From the NCBI GenBank assembly GCA_964247135.1, contig CAXTTL010000001.1, positions 32,001-96,000 on the forward strand: a stretch of DNA of 64,000 nt. The letters run 5' to 3'. Within the stretch, counting starts at the first letter, position 1; each line of letters opens with the position of its first letter. The notes under the pieces were generated by a model. The model was given only the letters and a program-made list of their open reading frames with translations, had not been told where the DNA came from and searched no databases. This document shows positions 58,630 to 64,000 of this stretch, one piece after another. The DNA comes from an uncultured Deinococcales bacterium. GTDB lineage: Bacteria > Deinococcota > Deinococci > Deinococcales > JAAFIG01. The position numbers and the translations under genes were made by a program.

Positions 58630-59079
58630 TCAAACACCAAATTGCCCGAAGTGATAACTCAGGTGCTTGTACTGCAATTTCCCCCATTCTTCGGGCGTCA
58701 AAGACCCAAAGAAAAAATGGGGGTGGTTGGTCACCCTGGCAACGCCGCCTTCGTTAAACTTTGCCAGTAAAGCACTGAGCCGCGCTTTCTCCTCGAGAAA
58801 AAGTTTTGGTTCTGTGACCCGAATTGAATTGTCGGTCGGGGTGTTGCGCGGCAATGGGCTGTCATCGAAGGCTTTGGTTTTAAAAAAATTACCAATCAAA
58901 CGACCCATCAACGAACGTGGCGGTTTCGGTTCGCCCATCGCCAGCTCGAGTCCGTTTGAAACGTGCGCCATCATTTGCGCCACGTCCATTTTGCCCCATT
59001 GCCCTTTGGTTTCGGGACTCAGTTGCTCGAGACGTTGCAAAGCTTCTGCCAGGGCATTGGTTTCAAGCAGGGATTTCAT
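58630..59079 (-). CDS. DinB-like / DUF1569 family protein
   Basis: WGKMDVAQMMAH, HPHFFFGSLTPEEWGKLQYKH...HFGQFGV. Confidence 0.85.
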   Translation of the reverse strand: MKSLLETNALAEALQRLEQLSPETKGQWGKMDVAQMMAHVSNGLELAMGEPKPPRSLMGRLIGNFFKTKAFDDSPLPRNTPTDNSIRVTEPKLFLEEKARLSALLAKFNEGGVARVTNHPHFFFGSLTPEEWGKLQYKHLSYHFGQFGV

Positions 59080-59104
59080 GGTTACCGCCTTTCTCGGACT
59101 AAAT

Positions 59105-60265
59105 TTATGTTGTCACTGCCAAGCGAATTCGCTCGAGCGCTTGGGTCAAGACCTGACGGCTGGTGGCAAAATTGAGCCGCACAAAACCCGTGTAATCCGC
59201 GCCAAAATTTGTGCCTTCGTTCAAGCCGACTCTGGCAGTCTCGAGCAAGAATTTTTGAACCTCTGGCGCCTGCGGGTAGGCGTTGAAGTCGAGCCAGGCG
59301 AGGTAGGTGGCTTCGGGCAGGATGCACTTGACTTCTGGCAGGTGCTCGGTCAGGTAAGCGCCCAAGAATTCACGGTTGGCGTGCAAATAACTTTTGGTTT
59401 TCTCGAGCCAGGGCATTCCCAATTCAAGTCCTGCCAGCCACGCCGTTTCGGACATGATGTTGGCGTGTCCCATCAAGCCTTTGGTGACGGCTTGAATCCG
59501 CTCGAGCAATTTGGGGTTGGTGCTGATGACCGCGCCAATGCCCAAACCTGCGGTGGTGAAGGTTTTGCAAGGTCCGGTAATGGTCACGGTTCGCTCTGAA
59601 ATATCTGGGCTGAGCGAAGCAAACGGAACATGCACCGCCCCAGGCTCGAGGATTAAATTGGCGTGGAGTTCGTCGGAGATCACGTAAAGGCGGTGCTTTA
59701 AGACAAATGCCGCCAGTTTCTCGAGTTCGGTTCTGGTGAATACCCGTCCCGTCGGATTGTGCGGATTGCAGATCATCAAGACCCGAGTGCCTGGCGTGAC
59801 CAGCGCCTCGAGGTTGTCAAAATCGATGATCCACTTGTTGTCCGCAATCAGCATTTTATTCTCGAGCATCTTGCGGTTGTGGTCTTTGATCGAACTCATG
59901 AAGGGCGGGTAAATCGGGGTTTGGGTGATGATCTCGTCATTTATGCTGGAGAGTCCGAGCACGCTGGCGTACATGCCTGGCACGACCCCAGACACCAACC
60001 AGATGTTTTCTGGTTTTAAACCCGTCCAGCCAAAGCCTGCCATGTGCGCCACAATGCCGTCTAACAGCTTTGGGTAACCCGACATGTTCTCATAGCCCAC
60101 CCAATGGTCTGCCCGTGCCTTTAACGCTGCCAGAATTTCTGGTGCGGGCAAGAAGTCCATGTCGGCAACCCACAACGGCAGCACGTCGCGTTCAAAGTAA
60201 TTCCATTTGATCGAATACGCGTCGTAAATGTTTTCGGCGGTCAAATCATCGTAATTCTGGCTCAT
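59105..60265 (-). CDS. MalY/PatB-family PLP-dependent C-S lyase / aminotransferase
   Basis: LPLWVADMDF, CNPHNPTGRVF, ISDELH, PCKTF, EATYLAWLDF, RLNFAT; leaderless TAAGCT-6nt-ATG. Confidence 0.92.
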   Translation of the reverse strand: MSQNYDDLTAENIYDAYSIKWNYFERDVLPLWVADMDFLPAPEILAALKARADHWVGYENMSGYPKLLDGIVAHMAGFGWTGLKPENIWLVSGVVPGMYASVLGLSSINDEIITQTPIYPPFMSSIKDHNRKMLENKMLIADNKWIIDFDNLEALVTPGTRVLMICNPHNPTGRVFTRTELEKLAAFVLKHRLYVISDELHANLILEPGAVHVPFASLSPDISERTVTITGPCKTFTTAGLGIGAVISTNPKLLERIQAVTKGLMGHANIMSETAWLAGLELGMPWLEKTKSYLHANREFLGAYLTEHLPEVKCILPEATYLAWLDFNAYPQAPEVQKFLLETARVGLNEGTNFGADYTGFVRLNFATSRQVLTQALERIRLAVTT

Positions 60266-60301
60266 GACTCAAGCTTAACTCGAGAAGCCAACTTCACGCT
60301 T

Positions 60302-61183
60302 TTACACCTCGAGCATTTTTGGAACTTGTTCACGCAATCCTGGAAGCATGATCGTGTCCACGTACTCGCGGTCTTCGGCTCGAGCCGCCAAAAACGCCAA
60401 GTTGGTCAGCCATTCGGCAATCGTGAAGAACTTGCGTTTTTCCAGAAAGCCTTCTGGCAGGGGCAGCACCGTTTCGTAACCCGCCAAAAACGCAACTCGA
60501 GGATGATGCTCGAGATATCCGAAGGTGGTCGCAATATCGTAAGAGACAGGTCCAAAGCCGGAGCGCTCAAAGTCGATCATGGCAACCTTCGCGCCCTGCC
60601 AGACCATGTTTCCTGGGTGCAAATCGGCATGAATCAAATCCCAAGGAATGTTTGGCTCGTTAAAAGCCTGCTTCGCGCTAGCCATGCTCTTTTCAAACAG
60701 CGGCATATCGGGTTGCAACCAGTCAATTTCACGTAACTCGAGCAAAGTATTCTCGAGATACTGGCTGTCGTACTGAAGGCGTTCAAATCCTGCGGGCGGC
60801 TTGAATCCTCGAGCAACACTGTGAAAACGCGCCAGCAAGACGCCAACCGCCTCGGCTTGAATTTCGTTGATGGTCTCGAGCACCTCGCCGTCAATCCAGG
60901 AGAGCAACGAAAAACGCTGTGACTCGAGCGTTAAAATATAATTCCCAGCAGGCAAAGACACGGGGTGTTGAACCTCGAGTCCAGATTGATGCAAATAATT
61001 CAGCAGCAGCATTTCAGACTCGAGCATGGCAAGGCTGCGCGACTCGGCGCGGTGCTGGCGCAACAAATAGCGTTGATTACTCGCAGTGGTTACCAGAACA
61101 TTGGTGTTTTCGGTGTTGCCAAGCGGCACAAAACTGCTCGCGGAAATACCGTATTGCTCGAGGATGCCGCTCAGGTCAACCAT
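60302..61183 (-). CDS. APH/homoserine-kinase-II-like phosphotransferase
   Basis: IHADLHPGN, IDFE, YDIA. Confidence 0.85.
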   Translation of the reverse strand: MVDLSGILEQYGISASSFVPLGNTENTNVLVTTASNQRYLLRQHRAESRSLAMLESEMLLLNYLHQSGLEVQHPVSLPAGNYILTLESQRFSLLSWIDGEVLETINEIQAEAVGVLLARFHSVARGFKPPAGFERLQYDSQYLENTLLELREIDWLQPDMPLFEKSMASAKQAFNEPNIPWDLIHADLHPGNMVWQGAKVAMIDFERSGFGPVSYDIATTFGYLEHHPRVAFLAGYETVLPLPEGFLEKRKFFTIAEWLTNLAFLAARAEDREYVDTIMLPGLREQVPKMLEV

Positions 61184-61189
61184 CAACGC

Positions 61190-61849
61190 TCACCGTGCCG
61201 CCCAGAGCATCCCGCGCCGCTCGATCTCTCGAGCTTCAAACACGTCAAAATCGCTGCGTACATGCCCGAGCGCACTGTAAAACACGCGCCCCAAACCCCA
61301 GCGTCGCCTCCAGACCACGGGCATGATGGTGTTTGCGATCCATTCACAGTGTTCACCGTTAAAGGTGGTCGTGGCGAGGACTTCGTTGCTCGGGTCAACG
61401 TGCATAAAATATTGCTCGGAGTGCATTACAAAATCATTTAACCCCGCCACAATCGGGTCGCTCGAGGTGATGTTGACGGTGTAATCGATGATATTGCCAG
61501 GGTGCGCCACCCATTGTCCGCCGACCATAAATTGGTATTCGGTGTTGTTGCGAAACGCGTCCGCCATGCCGCCGTGCCAACCGGCAAAACCCGTGCCCGC
61601 TTTGATGGTCTCGAGCAAGCCGCGTTCTTGCTCAGGCGTGATCGTGCTCATGGTGTAGACCTGCACGATCAAATCCTGCGCCTGCATGAATTCAGTCTCG
61701 AGGTAGCTGTCGAGCGTGTCGGAGACCGTGACTTCAAAACCCTCCAACTCGAGGATTGGGGCGAACAGGTCAACACATTGTTTGGGTTCGTGACCCTCCC
61801 AACCGCCCCAGACGAACAACGCCCTCTTGGTTTTACCAGATTCTGTCAT
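61190..61849 (-). CDS. ThuA-like (trehalose utilization) domain protein
   Basis: [43 protein letters not shown]; leaderless TATGAT-6nt-ATG. Confidence 0.88.
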   Translation of the reverse strand: MTESGKTKRALFVWGGWEGHEPKQCVDLFAPILELEGFEVTVSDTLDSYLETEFMQAQDLIVQVYTMSTITPEQERGLLETIKAGTGFAGWHGGMADAFRNNTEYQFMVGGQWVAHPGNIIDYTVNITSSDPIVAGLNDFVMHSEQYFMHVDPSNEVLATTTFNGEHCEWIANTIMPVVWRRRWGLGRVFYSALGHVRSDFDVFEAREIERRGMLWAAR

Positions 61850-61885
61850 AAGGTCATCATAAGCCAATGTTGAGGCTCGAGAACT

Positions 61886-62461
61886 TCAGTCGTTCAGCAC
61901 ATTTTCGATGCGGCGATCAGGGATAAACCAGATGATCGAAACCGAGAGGTACAAACCCATCGAAATCCAGTGGTTAAAAAATGCCATCGGAATGGCAATG
62001 ATTAAAAACAGCAACGAGGTTTTGCCTTTTACATCGCTGCCGATGGCTTGCGCGAGTTTCGAGTTTGCGCCGTGAAAGTCGATCAATGCCAGCGTCAAGA
62101 TGGTGTAGGCGACGGCGCACATCAGCATCACCACACCGTAGACGGCGACTGGACGCGAGGCGAATCCAGTTTCGCCCATCCAATTCGTGACGAACGGAAT
62201 CAAGGACATCCAAAACAGCAGGTGCATGTTCGCCCAAAGGATTTTGCCGTTGACTTTTTCGACGGCGTGCATGGTGTGATGATGGTTGTTCCAGTAAATA
62301 CCAACAAAAATAAAGCTTATGACATAACTCAAGAACACTGGAATGAGCGGCTTGAGTGCTTCAAAATCCTCACCGTGCGGGATTTTTAACTCGAGCACCA
62401 TGATGGTAATGATGATGGCAATAACGCCGTCGCTAAAGGCTTCCAGTCGTGTTTTGTTCAA
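61886..62461 (-). CDS. TMEM175-family potassium channel
   Basis: RLEAFSDGVIAIIITIMVLE, IYWNNHHH, IPDRRIE; TTG start at 62461. Confidence 0.88.
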   Translation of the reverse strand: MNKTRLEAFSDGVIAIIITIMVLELKIPHGEDFEALKPLIPVFLSYVISFIFVGIYWNNHHHTMHAVEKVNGKILWANMHLLFWMSLIPFVTNWMGETGFASRPVAVYGVVMLMCAVAYTILTLALIDFHGANSKLAQAIGSDVKGKTSLLFLIIAIPMAFFNHWISMGLYLSVSIIWFIPDRRIENVLND

Positions 62462-62603
62462 AGCCGTACCCCCAGTTGAAATGCCATATCTTAACGCCGC
62501 CTGGCGCTGTGGATGAACGCTCAAACTGCATTCGGGTCCAATTGTCACAAGATTGTCGTGATACTCGAGGTTTGCTGGCTGCATTCGCAGTATCATGAGG
62601 GCA

Positions 62604-63650
62604 ATGAACATTCCATTGTTAAAAGTGTTGTCCGAAGTGACTGGTGTTCCTGGGCGCGAAGAGCGCGTGCGTGAGATCGTCAGGCTCGAGTTAAAAGGGC
62701 TTGTGGACGAAATCCGCGAAGATGCGCTCGGCAATTTGATTGCGCTAAAACGCGCCACCGTCAAACCCAAGAAAAACTCGAGCGCCCGCAAGGTCATGCT
62801 CTCGGCACACATGGACGAAATTGGCTTTATGGTGAAATATATTGACGACAAAGGTTTCTTGCGGGTGCAACAGCTCGGTGGTTTTGACGCCCGAAATTTG
62901 TTCGCCCGTCAGGTGGTGGTCTGCGCCAAAGACGGTGACCTGCCGGGTATTTTGCAACCCAGCGGTCGCCCCATTCACATCTCGAGCCTTGAAGACCGCG
63001 CCAAAAACCCCGAGATCAAACAATTTTTTGTGGACACCGGTTTAAGCGCCAGTGAGGTCAAGCAAAAGGTTCGGATCGGTGATCCAGTGGGCTTGACCCA
63101 AACCTTCCGCGAGGTCGGGGCTTATGTTGCGGGCAAATGCCTCGATGATCGAATTTGGGTGTTTGTGCTGCTCGAGACTTTAAAAGCCTTGAAGGGCAAG
63201 CAACACAAGGACGACATTTACGCGGTCTTCAGCGTCCAAGAAGAAATTGGCTTGCGCGGTGCGGTGGTCGCGGCTTACGGCATCGAACCCGACATCGGTA
63301 TTGGACTGGACACCACGCTGGCGGTGGACATCCCGGGCGTCGAAAAAGATGAATCGGTGACCGTGACCGGCAACGGTGTTGGGATCAAAGTCTTTGACTC
63401 GAGCATGGTGGCAACACATTGGTTGGTCGAAGAATTTGCCGATCTTGCCGACCAGAAAAAAATAAAGTACCAACTCGAGGTATTGCCGCTCGGCGGTACG
63501 GACGCGGGTGCGATTCAACGGAGTCGTTCGGGTACGGCAAGCATCACGTTGTCCTTGCCGAGCCGTTACGTCCATACGGTGCAAGAGACGGTTCACAAAG
63601 ATGATCTGGATGCGGCGTTGAAGCTGTTGACCGCATGGCTGGTTCAATAG
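62604..63650 (+). CDS. M42 family aminopeptidase
   Basis: AHMDEIG, LDDR, VQEEIGLRGA, GGTDAG, RYVH; leaderless TATCAT-7nt-ATG. Confidence 0.93.
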   Translation: MNIPLLKVLSEVTGVPGREERVREIVRLELKGLVDEIREDALGNLIALKRATVKPKKNSSARKVMLSAHMDEIGFMVKYIDDKGFLRVQQLGGFDARNLFARQVVVCAKDGDLPGILQPSGRPIHISSLEDRAKNPEIKQFFVDTGLSASEVKQKVRIGDPVGLTQTFREVGAYVAGKCLDDRIWVFVLLETLKALKGKQHKDDIYAVFSVQEEIGLRGAVVAAYGIEPDIGIGLDTTLAVDIPGVEKDESVTVTGNGVGIKVFDSSMVATHWLVEEFADLADQKKIKYQLEVLPLGGTDAGAIQRSRSGTASITLSLPSRYVHTVQETVHKDDLDAALKLLTAWLVQ

Positions 63651-64000
63651 ATTTAAGGCGTTAAAGCCAAAGCCAAACGGGCGTATTCTCGCAGTAAAGT
63701 TGTGGCTGGTTGAATCGCTTGGGCTTGCTCGAGATTTTGTTCGGGAAAATTGCGCGACAGCCGTAATCTGTGCTCCAAGACTGCCTCAGTGTTTTCATTG
63801 TCAAGCCATTTGCAAACACCGCCATCTCGAGAGACACCGAGTGACACGATGTAAAGCGTTACTGGCATCGGGTCTTTCGCGTCTTCATCGCATTTTTGGC
63901 TGCTCGAGAATCGAGTGTTACGTTCTGCACGAAACATCATCCGCTCTTGACAGGCGACACCCAATAGGTAGTATTATTTCTTCATAGATGCACTAGATAT

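Noticed and set aside
62462-62851. N-terminal extension of the TMEM175 ORF
   Set aside because: It overlaps the divergent M42 peptidase gene; family similarity begins at LNKTRLEAFSD
63653-63964. 103-aa ORF at the window end
   Set aside because: No recognisable motif and the start is unclear; it may be a fragment but cannot be supported

Overview
Bacterial chromosomal window, probably Deinococcota. This is inferred from repeated leaderless TANNNT-6/7nt-start architecture, non-lipoprotein binding-protein signal peptides, and sugar ABC clusters that lack their own ATPase gene. The most striking window-wide signal is strong over-representation of the palindrome CTCGAG: 14 copies in the first 2.4 kb by manual count, where fewer than 1 is expected. 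It occurs in all reading frames, in hairpin arms, in REP loops and next to -10 boxes. Positions 1-36.5 kb are a catabolic block: two sugar ABC clusters (one binding-protein gene is frameshifted), three peptide-type ABC clusters, two hydantoinase/oxoprolinase modules, DUF917, M24 and M14 peptidases, an alpha/beta hydrolase, an amidase and regulators. Inside one operon sits a REP-associated tyrosine transposase (RAYT) flanked by 65-bp inverted repeats, plus two REPIN-like elements carrying variable 66-bp CTCGAG-anchored tandem units. At 38.4 kb is an orphan 3' half of tRNA-Lys(UUU) with arm-like direct repeats, probably an integration (att) scar. An accessory block follows (38.6-47.9 kb): an XRE HTH gene, a coupled small-protein/8-Cys-protein pair, a 1319-aa exported Ig-like tri-heme c cytochrome, and a 987-aa exported protein with an arthropod-hemocyanin-like type-3 copper domain fused to vWA. 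It ends in a dnaE2-like relic. This block is the best candidate for an undescribed system. Positions 48-57 kb are a LacI-regulated polyol locus with three operator copies, and 57-64 kb are housekeeping-type genes. All family assignments come from motif recognition by eye; no searches were run.
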